The notes: generated from the sequence alone by a model not told the origin. A stretch of 64,000 nt of DNA from a bacterium (GCA_963693055.1 OY843751.1:2240001-2304000); one strand, 5' to 3'. Positions 17,454 through 26,759 are shown, counted from the stretch's first letter. Numbers and translations are program-made.

Positions 17454-20360
17454 ATGGAGGTCCAAATGAGATCTTGGCATATACTTTTAATGCTGGCAGT
17501 TTTGTTGTCTTATAATTTTGAGGCTTTTGGAGCAACTGGTCAAATTCAAGGAAAAATATCAGACCAGGTTACGGGAGATCCTCTACCAGGTGCTAACATT
17601 ATCCTGGAAGGAACAGCTATAGGTGCCGCTACAGATTCCAAAGGTGAATATAGAATAACTAAAATTCCACCAGGAAGTTTTAATCTCAAAGTCACCTTTA
17701 TTGGTTATAAAACGGCTACCTCTTTTGTTCAGGTAACTGCGGGAAGATCTACTACTGTGAATTTAGATCTTGTTTATGATGTAGTAGAAGGTGAAACTGT
17801 TACTATTACTGCTCAGGCAGAAGGTCAAATTGCAGCTATTAACCAGCAATTACGGTCCAATACAATCAAAAATGTTGTTTCTGCAGAGCGCATCATGGAG
17901 TTGCCGGATGCGAATGCAGCTGAATCTGTAGGAAGATTACCCGGGGTTTCAATAAAAAGAAGTGGTGGAGAGGGGAATAGAGTGGTAATCCGTGGATTGT
18001 CTCCAACTTATAATAACATTACAATTGGTGGTGAAAAAGTACCTGCGACTGATCTTGATGATAGAAGTGTTGATTTGAATATGATTTCTCCTGAAATACT
18101 TGGAGGTATTGAGGTAACCAAAGCCCTTACCCCGGATATGGATGCTGATGCATTTGGCGGTACAGTAAATTTTAAACTTGCAGATGCTCCATCAGGATTT
18201 CAAAGTAAATTCAGATTTCAGGAAGGTTATAATCAACACCGCGATCAATTTGGATTATACAAGGCGAGTTTAACTCTCAGTAATCGTTACCTTGAAGAAA
18301 AATTTGGAATTATGATTACGGGTAACATGGAAAAAGCGCAAAGAGGATCTGATCAGTTTAATGCTAGCTATTCAATTGTTCGTGAAAAACGCGAAGGTGA
18401 AGAATTTGCACCTGTTACAGTTGGAAGTGTGAATTTGGAATATTCTGATGAAATACGTGAAAGAATGGGATTTAGTGTTTTATCTGATTATCGTTTAAAG
18501 AATGGTAAAATATTATTTTCAAATTTCTTTAGTCGTCTTGATCGTGATGAATATATTACCAGCAGCGATTATTCAGTGGAAAGCAATGCTCATGATTATA
18601 ATTTCTCTGACTTGCAGCGCCAGATTGATGTAATGACCAACTCTCTATCCGGTGAACATAGTCTTTATTTTGGTACGGTTGATTGGAAGTTCTCTAGAAC
18701 CTCATCTTCAACACGTCACCCATTTAACAATGAAATTGGAATGAAAGAGTTGAGTGCGTTTGATCAATCTCTTTTATCACAGTTTAATACTGCAGATGAT
18801 TTAATTGCATCTGCTGTTAATAATTTGGATAATACTTTTCTCTATACAGGTCACTTTAGACAGGAAAAATCCTGGGAACGGGATTATAATACTCAGATAA
18901 ATCTTGAAATTCCCTACACATTAACGAATAGAATGGCTGGTTATATTAAAATGGGATTCAAGTATACAGATAAAGAAAAGAATCGTGACCGTTTTCATAT
19001 GAATCATAGATTAGACGACTGGCATGATGCGTATATTCGTTATCATACCCAATCTGGTGATCCCAATTTTGAATTCCAAAAAATTGCAGGTACTGGGTAT
19101 GCATCTATCCGGAATTATATTGACGAATCAGTTGATATAAGTAATTTTTTGGATGGACAATATGATTTGGGGGTAGCCCTTGATCGGGATGAACTTAATA
19201 ATTTATTTAACCAATATTTATTAGATTCTCTCTATATTTATTCTTCACTTGAAGAATTAGATGATTATGAAACAAACGAAGAGACAGCAGCTGGCTATAT
19301 CATGAGTGAAATTAATTTTGGACGATTTTTCATGCTGTTGCCAGGTGTTCGTTATGAAAAGACCTCTAACGATATGACAGGGCGCATTGGTAGTGTACCT
19401 TCAGATCATATTGAACCGGAACTTGACAGTCCTTATGTTGCAGATACTTCAGCGACTGCATCCTATAGTAACTGGTTTCCAATGATTCATGCACGGGTAA
19501 GGCCCACTAATTGGTTTGATATTAGATTGGCTTATACGGAATCAATATCAAAACCTCGACTTGACTGGATGCTACCAAAGAAAAAAGTTAGAGGAAACAG
19601 ACAATCTGTCGAGTATGGTAGTCCACATTTGAGACCGCAATTAGCAACCAACTATGATGTGTTTTTATCCTTTTATGGAAACCGCCTAGGTTTATTAACT
19701 CTGGGTGGATTTTATAAAGAAATTAAAGATTTGATATTTAAACGTAATGGACACAAAATACTGGATGCTGAAGGTGAAGGATATCCACAAAATTTGCAGG
19801 GATTTTGGCTAGACCAACCCGAAAATAATCCGTTTACAACAGAAGTCAAGGGATTTGAAATTGAATGGCAAACCAATTTCAACTGGCTACCTAAACCATT
19901 TGACGGATTTGTTATAAATGCAAATTATACGCATTTGAATTCAGATACCCGGTTTCCGCGTTCATTTGTAGTTTCTGAAAAAATACCGGTTTTTCCTTTT
20001 GTAAAAACCACTGCTATTGATACATTTCGTGTAGGTAACATGCCTGACCAGGCTGATGATATAGCAAACCTTGCCATTGGTTATGACAAGGGGCCGTTTT
20101 CTGCAAGATTGTCTATGCTGTACCAGGGTAAGACTTTAACATCTGTTGGCGAAAGACCCGAGCAGGATGGCTATACGGCAGATTTGCTTCGATGGGACAT
20201 GTCTGTTAAATACAGAGTGAACCGTCAAATTGGTCTCTTTTTAAATTTTGCCAATATAACCAATGAACCTGATGAATCGTTTATGCTTGATCAAAAATAT
20301 TTAACAGCACGTGAGTTTTATGGCTGGACCCTTGATTTGGGAGTAGGATACGAATTCTAA
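17454..20360 (+). CDS. TonB-dependent receptor 2 (paralog of TBDR1)
   Basis: Same architecture; long identical blocks with TBDR1; ends in Phe. Confidence 0.95.
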   Translation: MEVQMRSWHILLMLAVLLSYNFEAFGATGQIQGKISDQVTGDPLPGANIILEGTAIGAATDSKGEYRITKIPPGSFNLKVTFIGYKTATSFVQVTAGRSTTVNLDLVYDVVEGETVTITAQAEGQIAAINQQLRSNTIKNVVSAERIMELPDANAAESVGRLPGVSIKRSGGEGNRVVIRGLSPTYNNITIGGEKVPATDLDDRSVDLNMISPEILGGIEVTKALTPDMDADAFGGTVNFKLADAPSGFQSKFRFQEGYNQHRDQFGLYKASLTLSNRYLEEKFGIMITGNMEKAQRGSDQFNASYSIVREKREGEEFAPVTVGSVNLEYSDEIRERMGFSVLSDYRLKNGKILFSNFFSRLDRDEYITSSDYSVESNAHDYNFSDLQRQIDVMTNSLSGEHSLYFGTVDWKFSRTSSSTRHPFNNEIGMKELSAFDQSLLSQFNTADDLIASAVNNLDNTFLYTGHFRQEKSWERDYNTQINLEIPYTLTNRMAGYIKMGFKYTDKEKNRDRFHMNHRLDDWHDAYIRYHTQSGDPNFEFQKIAGTGYASIRNYIDESVDISNFLDGQYDLGVALDRDELNNLFNQYLLDSLYIYSSLEELDDYETNEETAAGYIMSEINFGRFFMLLPGVRYEKTSNDMTGRIGSVPSDHIEPELDSPYVADTSATASYSNWFPMIHARVRPTNWFDIRLAYTESISKPRLDWMLPKKKVRGNRQSVEYGSPHLRPQLATNYDVFLSFYGNRLGLLTLGGFYKEIKDLIFKRNGHKILDAEGEGYPQNLQGFWLDQPENNPFTTEVKGFEIEWQTNFNWLPKPFDGFVINANYTHLNSDTRFPRSFVVSEKIPVFPFVKTTAIDTFRVGNMPDQADDIANLAIGYDKGPFSARLSMLYQGKTLTSVGERPEQDGYTADLLRWDMSVKYRVNRQIGLFLNFANITNEPDESFMLDQKYLTAREFYGWTLDLGVGYEF

Positions 20361-20367
20361 TTATTAC

Positions 20368-20415
20368 ACAGCAATTCAGGATATATTTAATTTTCCTGAG
20401 TTGCTGTTAAGTTTT
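20368..20415 (+). terminator. rho-independent terminator
   Basis: Stem ACAGCAATTCAGGA/TCCTGAGTTGCTGT followed by a T-rich tract. Confidence 0.7.
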
Positions 20416-20849
20416 ATTTAGGATCGGAGATTTGGTTTTTTAGTTCCTGAATTGATTTGTTATAGTCTGTAATAAAATAGATTTGGTTTTTTTTGTTATC
20501 CGAGATTATAGAATGCTTTCTTTAAAACATCATATCCAGTTGAAAATGCTTTTCAATGAATCTGTAGCAGGTTTTGATGCATTAAGCATCGGTATTTTAA
20601 TTTTATTTTCAATTCTCAAAATAATTCATACATCTTGCCACAAAACATTATTTACTCTTATAAATGTCTCAAAGTATTCTATAACATATCATTAATAAAT
20701 GATTAACGTTTGATCAACAGTCTTTTATTCTTAAAAATTCAAATTTAATATTCTGGACAATACATCTTTTTTTAGTTTTTTTAAGTGTTTTTGATTTGCA
20801 ATACCATATCGTCAGCATTCATGAAATGTAATAATAGCTTTTTTAAGCA

Positions 20850-23393
20850 TTGTTAGATTCGAAAATAAGGATTCTAAATGAAGAGAGTTTTGAATTGAAA
20901 AATATTAACAGTATAAAGATCTATCTCTTTCTGTTTTTGATTGTTTCTTTGCATACCCGTGTTTTTTCTCTGGATCATCCATATATGATTGTGCAGGAAC
21001 AAGATTTTTCATCTTTACACGAAAAGGCAGAAATTTGGCCCTGGTCTGTTATGAAAACCAAGGCAATTTCCACTGCAAAAAGTATGAATTACAATTCTAC
21101 CTGGACACTGGATAAAAAGTGTTCAAGAATACATGAAATGGCCAGTGCTATTTCCCTGGCTTTTATATTAGATCAGGAATCCAGGTCAGTTTATATAAAC
21201 AAAGTTGAAACTCAAATAGCTCTGGGGATCCATTCTATTCGGCTTTTAAAAGGTACAGATGCTGATCATGCTTATAATGTTGCTCCGGCACATGCAGCCT
21301 TTATGGTTTATCTTTTACTGGATATCATGTATAATGATCTGTCTGTTGATGTCAGGCAAGCTATTGAAGATGATTGTGATTATATAGCATCTAATCATGT
21401 TCATTCATGGTTTGCCAGTGAATATTCAATAAAAGGTATGTTAGAATTGTATCATAATGGCAATACTAATGCATTTAAAGCCTGGAAAGATTTATACAAA
21501 AATCATATTCTGGATCTAACAAGCTCAGAGGGTGTCTATTCTGCCGGCCCTGGTTACACCAAGAGTCGTCTTTTTATGGACAACCGTATGCAAAAGAAAA
21601 TATTTATGGATATTTGTGAATATCAGGGATATACAGAGTTTTACAACAATCCCAAATTGCAGTTGCTGTACGAATGGGTTATGGGCTATATAGTAACTCC
21701 TTTTAACCGATCCTATACCTTTGGAGATACTCCACCAACAAAAGATTTGGATTACTGGACTGTTGCTGCTATGCGAGTCGAAAAGTTTTCAGAGTTGGCC
21801 GCAGGCTATGCGGCATGGAGATTAGGCCCCTTAAAAGACGATGATATTATTGGCGGGTTATTACATTTTTTGATTTATAAATCTATATCGGTTCAGCCCA
21901 TTAAACCCCAAAGCCGAATCTTTCATAACGGTGGAACATGGTTTCTGGAAGATTCGGAATCTAAAAAATCACTTGCGGCTGCCTTGTGGAATATCAATAC
22001 GGTTAAAGATAGTCACAGACATTTTGATATTAATGCAGTACATATTGCCGGGTACGGTGCACATATCCTTCGTAATTCCGGGTATGATGGTTCCGGGGCA
22101 CCTGATCCTGTTACCTGGGATTGGATTAAATATACTGCCGAGTCTTCAAATACCTTGATGATGAATAATCAGAATCATGCTATGGTTCATGGTTCAGGTA
22201 TTGATGAGGGCCTGATTGGTGGCAGCTTTGAATATGCGTGTGGTAATTCAGGTTCTGCTTTGCCTTTGGGAATCCATAAAAGAAATATGATATTTGTTAG
22301 ACCTGAAAACGATAATGTTAATGGATATTTTATTTTTTTAGACCAATTACGTACCATCTTTCAATGGGATGCAACTGCTCTTGTTAACATTGCCTGGCAC
22401 CCCAATTCTTTTCATTCACCAAGTGTTTCAGAAAATGGTTGTGAGTTTTGCTGGCAAATTGACGGATGTGACTATGGGGGGGATGGAGTAGGTGTTTCAA
22501 TTCATACTGTTACTCCTGCAATTAATTATGAGATTAGAGATGGCTATTTGGCATCATATAACGAATGTAGCCGTTTTATTGGTAAATATCTTTATAATAC
22601 CTATCAGTGCAGTAGTGGCCTTGCCAGTATAATGACAATTATTTATCCATTTGACGCAGATCATACAGTTGCACAAATGAAAGCGCTCAAGATAACAGGA
22701 GGTGATGGTTATGAAATTACCCATAATGATTCTGTTGTTGACTATGCCCTGGTATCGCAGGATTCTAGTGTCAGCTATGAAAGCGTTTCGTTTACCGGAA
22801 CAGGTGTTGTATGGCGTGAGTATAATGGTGCCTTGTCTAACCTGTTAGCGATCAAGAGCACAGAATTTATTGATAATGATTCTAAAATTGGTTTCAAAAG
22901 CAAAGCTGAAATATCCATTCAATTGGATGATAATGCAGGAGAATTGATTACAAAAGGTGGAGAGATAACTTTTTTTAAGCATGGAATAGAACAAATTAAA
23001 ATTGATGGAGCCATATTACCTGTATTAGCATCCGGTGACAATTGGATGACAGTTTCTGTTGATTCAGGACAGCATGATATTGTTTTTAAAACTGTCTCAA
23101 CCCATGTTGATGACGCAACAATTATGATGAATCATTCCAATGTGCTGTTGCAAAACTATCCCAATCCGTTTAACAACTCTACGGTGATTAGTTTCAGTAT
23201 CGATTCTGTTGAAAATGTTGAATTATCAATCTATAATATTAAAGGTCAGTTGGTTGATCAATTGATGAATGAGCCAAGGTCCGCCGGGAGCTATCGTGTA
23301 AACTGGGATGCCCAAGGTTTGTCGCGAGGTATTTATTTTGTGCGGATCAGGACTGGTGAATTTAAACAGGTAAAGAAAATTATTCTTCAATAA
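20850..23393 (+). CDS. heparinase II/III-like polysaccharide lyase with T9SS-type sorting domain
   Basis: 'TFGDT', 'DSHRHFDINAVHI', 'SSNTLM' typical of heparinase II/III-like folds; CTD 'LQNYPNPFN...KKIILQ'. Confidence 0.7.
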   Translation: MLDSKIRILNEESFELKNINSIKIYLFLFLIVSLHTRVFSLDHPYMIVQEQDFSSLHEKAEIWPWSVMKTKAISTAKSMNYNSTWTLDKKCSRIHEMASAISLAFILDQESRSVYINKVETQIALGIHSIRLLKGTDADHAYNVAPAHAAFMVYLLLDIMYNDLSVDVRQAIEDDCDYIASNHVHSWFASEYSIKGMLELYHNGNTNAFKAWKDLYKNHILDLTSSEGVYSAGPGYTKSRLFMDNRMQKKIFMDICEYQGYTEFYNNPKLQLLYEWVMGYIVTPFNRSYTFGDTPPTKDLDYWTVAAMRVEKFSELAAGYAAWRLGPLKDDDIIGGLLHFLIYKSISVQPIKPQSRIFHNGGTWFLEDSESKKSLAAALWNINTVKDSHRHFDINAVHIAGYGAHILRNSGYDGSGAPDPVTWDWIKYTAESSNTLMMNNQNHAMVHGSGIDEGLIGGSFEYACGNSGSALPLGIHKRNMIFVRPENDNVNGYFIFLDQLRTIFQWDATALVNIAWHPNSFHSPSVSENGCEFCWQIDGCDYGGDGVGVSIHTVTPAINYEIRDGYLASYNECSRFIGKYLYNTYQCSSGLASIMTIIYPFDADHTVAQMKALKITGGDGYEITHNDSVVDYALVSQDSSVSYESVSFTGTGVVWREYNGALSNLLAIKSTEFIDNDSKIGFKSKAEISIQLDDNAGELITKGGEITFFKHGIEQIKIDGAILPVLASGDNWMTVSVDSGQHDIVFKTVSTHVDDATIMMNHSNVLLQNYPNPFNNSTVISFSIDSVENVELSIYNIKGQLVDQLMNEPRSAGSYRVNWDAQGLSRGIYFVRIRTGEFKQVKKIILQ

Positions 23394-23403
23394 CGCGGTT
23401 GTT

Positions 23404-24852
23404 ATGTGGACACTGAAATTTGAGTTGAATATGAAAGCTGGTTTAAAATATAAATTATATATACATATATTTTTTGGGGTTTTAATCATGCTGTGTATTC
23501 CACAGGATGGTTGTACGGAGACAATTCAAACCATTTATATTTCACAACAAGACGGAACGGATATTGATAATATTGGTAATGACAAAAACAAACCCATTCG
23601 TACATTGGCAAGGGCCAGAATTATTGCATTATCGAATTGGAGAAATGTGGATGGTTTTGAGATACTTTTTAAGGGGGGCGAACAATTTGACGAGTTTATA
23701 CCCATTACAAATCAGGTTCTAAAAGATTATGATCCATTACGCAATTCGTTTGCATTTGTCTGGGATATTGACAGGTCTTTGAAAATTTCTACTTTTGGAT
23801 CTCAAGAAAAAGCCATCATGTATTCAGACAAATATACGCATGAAGGAGGCCCGCAGACAGCAATAGCTGTTACAACTCCCAGTAGCCGGAATGTTATTGT
23901 TGAAAATATTCATTTCAAACATTGGCAGGTTTGCGCTTTTTTTGCGTACAAGACCCGTAACATTCAATTTTTGAACAATATTGTTGAAGAAATTGGAACC
24001 CTTTATTTCCCTGATGAAAAAACACCGGGGATTTATGGAGCGGGTGCCATATATCCCAAAAACTCTTCCAATGTATTCATTAAAGGAAACTATATTCTCA
24101 ATATTCATAATCAGTTTGATATGCTCGACAAGATGCATGTTTTTTATTTAACCCGGTTGAACAATTCTGAGATATGTGATAATATTATAATAAACGCAAG
24201 CGGACCACCGTTAAAGTTTCGTCGTTCTCAGACCAATAATGTTTATGTGCATGATAATGAATTTTACTATACCGGACCCTCACAATCCTTAAATCAGGTT
24301 CAGGAAGGCTGGGTGAGGTATAGCGGAGATGCTGATGATGGCTGCCCCTATGCAATAGTCATAGAACACAATTTGTTTTATTATCCATATTGTTGGGAAG
24401 GCACGCAAGCTTGTGATAATGCTTTGGCTGTAAAATACAGTATAAGCAATACAAGCGTTTGTGGTACGGAGGCTTGCGAGGATGATGAAAAGGTAAAGTG
24501 GATTGATAACGACTATCGTTATGAATGGGAATCCTATACTGTACCAGATATACCTACCCGTGTTGAAAATACAATAGCCAGTGATGTCGGAACATTTGAA
24601 TTGTTTGAAAACTATCCCAATCCATTTAATCCGGTAACAGAGATTTGTTTCCGAATACCAACCCGTAATCAAACCCGGTTAAACATATACAATGAATTAG
24701 GTGAAATTGTACGTAATCTTGTTGACAAAAGTTTAGAACCCGGATATCATCATTTCACTTTTAATGCCAGTGAATTACCATCCGGAATTTATTTTTACAG
24801 ACTTGAAAGTGGAGAATTGAACAAAACAAACAAGATGGTACTGATAAAATAA
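23404..24852 (+). CDS. right-handed beta-helix (pectin-lyase-like) protein with T9SS-type sorting domain
   Basis: Asn-ladder repeats 'NVIVENIHF', 'NIQFLNNIV', 'NVFIKGNYI', 'NVYVHDNEF'; CTD 'ENYPNPFNP...KMVLIK'. Confidence 0.75.
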   Translation: MWTLKFELNMKAGLKYKLYIHIFFGVLIMLCIPQDGCTETIQTIYISQQDGTDIDNIGNDKNKPIRTLARARIIALSNWRNVDGFEILFKGGEQFDEFIPITNQVLKDYDPLRNSFAFVWDIDRSLKISTFGSQEKAIMYSDKYTHEGGPQTAIAVTTPSSRNVIVENIHFKHWQVCAFFAYKTRNIQFLNNIVEEIGTLYFPDEKTPGIYGAGAIYPKNSSNVFIKGNYILNIHNQFDMLDKMHVFYLTRLNNSEICDNIIINASGPPLKFRRSQTNNVYVHDNEFYYTGPSQSLNQVQEGWVRYSGDADDGCPYAIVIEHNLFYYPYCWEGTQACDNALAVKYSISNTSVCGTEACEDDEKVKWIDNDYRYEWESYTVPDIPTRVENTIASDVGTFELFENYPNPFNPVTEICFRIPTRNQTRLNIYNELGEIVRNLVDKSLEPGYHHFTFNASELPSGIYFYRLESGELNKTNKMVLIK

Positions 24853-24872
24853 GGAAAATTTTCCGGTAGGTT

Positions 24873-24901
24873 TTGGAAAAAAGGCGGTTATTTCATATAG
24901 T
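24873..24901 (+). promoter_or_regulatory. sigma70-like promoter at the left end of the element
   Basis: TTGGAA-17 nt-TATAGT directly inside the left TIR, upstream of ATG 24958. Confidence 0.45.
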
Positions 24902-24957
24902 ATTTACTAGAAGTAACCGGAAGTCAAACAAAGATTTTAAAACTTACCGGAGGACAA

Positions 24958-25785
24958 ATGTACAATACTCGTAGTAGTTTGTATGACAGGATATTAGAAA
25001 AAACACCCGAGCAAGTATTCATCAATTCTTTACGAAAAGAATTTGAATTATCACCGGCAGAAAGTAAAGGGATATTGGATTTAGCCAAGCAGTGTTTATT
25101 TGGCGAGGTTCCCCAGACAGTTGGTAAAATAAAATATATCTGCGCATCCACCAAGGCAAAACATGGCAAGCCCCTGGGTGAGCAGGAATTGAAAGAAGTA
25201 GAGTTAACACTGGATGCCGGTGTAGAAGATTTAAATGTATTAAAAGAAAGCGGTCCCAAGGCACTGCGCCAGTTAAAGGTCTTACGATTGACCGAAGAAG
25301 CCTGGGATCAGGAAGGTTCTTTGACACAAGAGGATTTGGCCCGGATCCTCCAGGTTACGAGTCGCACTGTACGCCAGGATATAAAGTCTTTGCAGACTGA
25401 TGGCAACTTTATTCACACGCGCGGAACAGACCATGACATCGGTCGGAGCTTGTCACACAAAAGCCACATTATTGAACTGTATTTGCAGGGAGACACATAC
25501 GATGCAATTATTCGTAAAAGTCGTCATAGCGCGTTTTCAATAAAACGATATGTGTGCAGCTTTGGCAGGCTGTTGTTATTACTGAATCATGGTATGCAGG
25601 ATATCAAAGAGATCAGTCGGTTATTAGGCCAAAGTGAGCGTTTGACCCGTGAGTACCTGGATATTTTTGAGCATCATAAACAGGGTGACAAATGGCCGCC
25701 GATCTATGTAGAGTTATTGGAGCAATTAAAGGTGTTATACCCCTCGAAAAAAAAACAAACCAAGGAGGGGACCGATGAAGACTAA
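24958..25785 (+). CDS. DUF1670-domain protein A
   Basis: 'EAWDQEGSLTQEDLARILQVTSRTVRQDI...TRGTDHDIGRSLSHK...IIELYLQG...RHSAFSIKRY' matches the DUF1670 pattern as recalled; GGAGGA RBS. Confidence 0.85.
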   Translation: MYNTRSSLYDRILEKTPEQVFINSLRKEFELSPAESKGILDLAKQCLFGEVPQTVGKIKYICASTKAKHGKPLGEQELKEVELTLDAGVEDLNVLKESGPKALRQLKVLRLTEEAWDQEGSLTQEDLARILQVTSRTVRQDIKSLQTDGNFIHTRGTDHDIGRSLSHKSHIIELYLQGDTYDAIIRKSRHSAFSIKRYVCSFGRLLLLLNHGMQDIKEISRLLGQSERLTREYLDIFEHHKQGDKWPPIYVELLEQLKVLYPSKKKQTKEGTDED

Positions 25786-26590
25786 GCCTTTAAATCGTTA
25801 TGAATCAATAGCTAAGCGTAGCTTTCAAAATGCGATTATTCGATTACTGGAAGAAAATTATAAAATGCTGGGAAGCCACAAAGTCATCCGGATGATTGCA
25901 GAAGATATTGTCGCATTGCAAAATGAATTTTATCCAGAGCTGGAAAAGAAAAGTTTTGGTCAGATTATCTGGCGGACAACCAAAGCGACAAACCGAAAGC
26001 CAAGCTATGGCACAAAAGCGGAAGATTATGAGGTTCAGACAGTTGTGCTACCGTTGGTAACAGATGCGGATATTGACAATCGTATCAAAAGCCATTATTC
26101 TTATCCCCCAAAAGATGGCAGTGCTAATTATGAAAAACAAACAGAACGGGATATTAAAGTAATGGCGCGGTTATGCAAGAGTGCGGCAGAACAGGGCGGC
26201 TGGTTGACAGGTGCAGAACTCAGTGTATTGTTGAATCGCTCATTAAACACTATTGGTCGGTATATGACAATTTATCATGAAACGCATGATGATATATTGC
26301 CGACTAAAGGAATGATGCTGGATCAGGGCAGTAAGCCGACGCATAAAGCCGCAATTATAGATTTGTACGAGCAGGGATATCCCGAACCGGATATCGCCCG
26401 GATTACAAATCACACAATTGAATCAACGAGTCGGTATTTAAAGAGTTACAAGAACGTAAAATCATTATTGGAAAAAGGTTTTAATTTAATGGAAATGGTA
26501 AGAATAACCGGATTAGGACGGAGTACAATATTACAATACCGTGATCTGGTTTATCATTATCATTCAGATTTAATACAAAAGAAAACTTGA
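25775..26590 (+). CDS. DUF1670-domain protein B (paralog of A)
   Basis: 'AAEQGGWLTGAELSVLLNRS...PTKGMMLDQGSKPTHK..IIDLYEQG...NHTIESTSRY'; AAGGAGGGG RBS; overlaps the end of A. Confidence 0.85.
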   Translation: MKTKPLNRYESIAKRSFQNAIIRLLEENYKMLGSHKVIRMIAEDIVALQNEFYPELEKKSFGQIIWRTTKATNRKPSYGTKAEDYEVQTVVLPLVTDADIDNRIKSHYSYPPKDGSANYEKQTERDIKVMARLCKSAAEQGGWLTGAELSVLLNRSLNTIGRYMTIYHETHDDILPTKGMMLDQGSKPTHKAAIIDLYEQGYPEPDIARITNHTIESTSRYLKSYKNVKSLLEKGFNLMEMVRITGLGRSTILQYRDLVYHYHSDLIQKKT

Positions 26591-26614
26591 AAATTTGAAA
26601 AGGAATTAATAGGT

Positions 26615-26711
26615 TAGGTTGTCATTGTTTTTCAGCTAACTCCAGTCGCCCTACGAGCTCCTTTCGTTAGCTGAAAAAATGAATAAATGTTCTAATCTTA
26701 AAAACAACCTA
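26615..26711 (+). other. structured non-coding segment at the element's right end
   Basis: 13-bp perfect stem TTTTTCAGCTAAC (26628-40)/GTTAGCTGAAAAA (26666-78), enclosed by TAGGTTGT (26615-22)/ACAACCTA (26704-11). Confidence 0.6.
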
Positions 26712-26759
26712 CCGGAAATATTTCCTAAACGTAAGTAGGAAAACTATTAATTAAAGGAT

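Larger units (their letters stand above)
24853..26725 (+). mobile_element. putative IS-like element carrying a DUF1670 gene pair
   Basis: TIRs GGAAAATTTTCCGGTAGGTT (24853-24872) and AACCTACCGGAAATATTTCC (26706-26725), 18/20 complementary; TAA on both flanks (24850-52, 26726-28); interrupts a CAZyme operon. Confidence 0.75.

Noticed and set aside
20483-20695. 70-aa ORF in the gap after TBDR2
   Set aside because: TTG start with low-complexity AT-rich composition; more likely promoter-containing intergenic DNA.
24924-25327. Minus-strand ORFs (111 and 101 aa) inside the DUF1670 element, considered as a hidden transposase
   Set aside because: Fully antisense to gene A, short, and without catalytic motifs.
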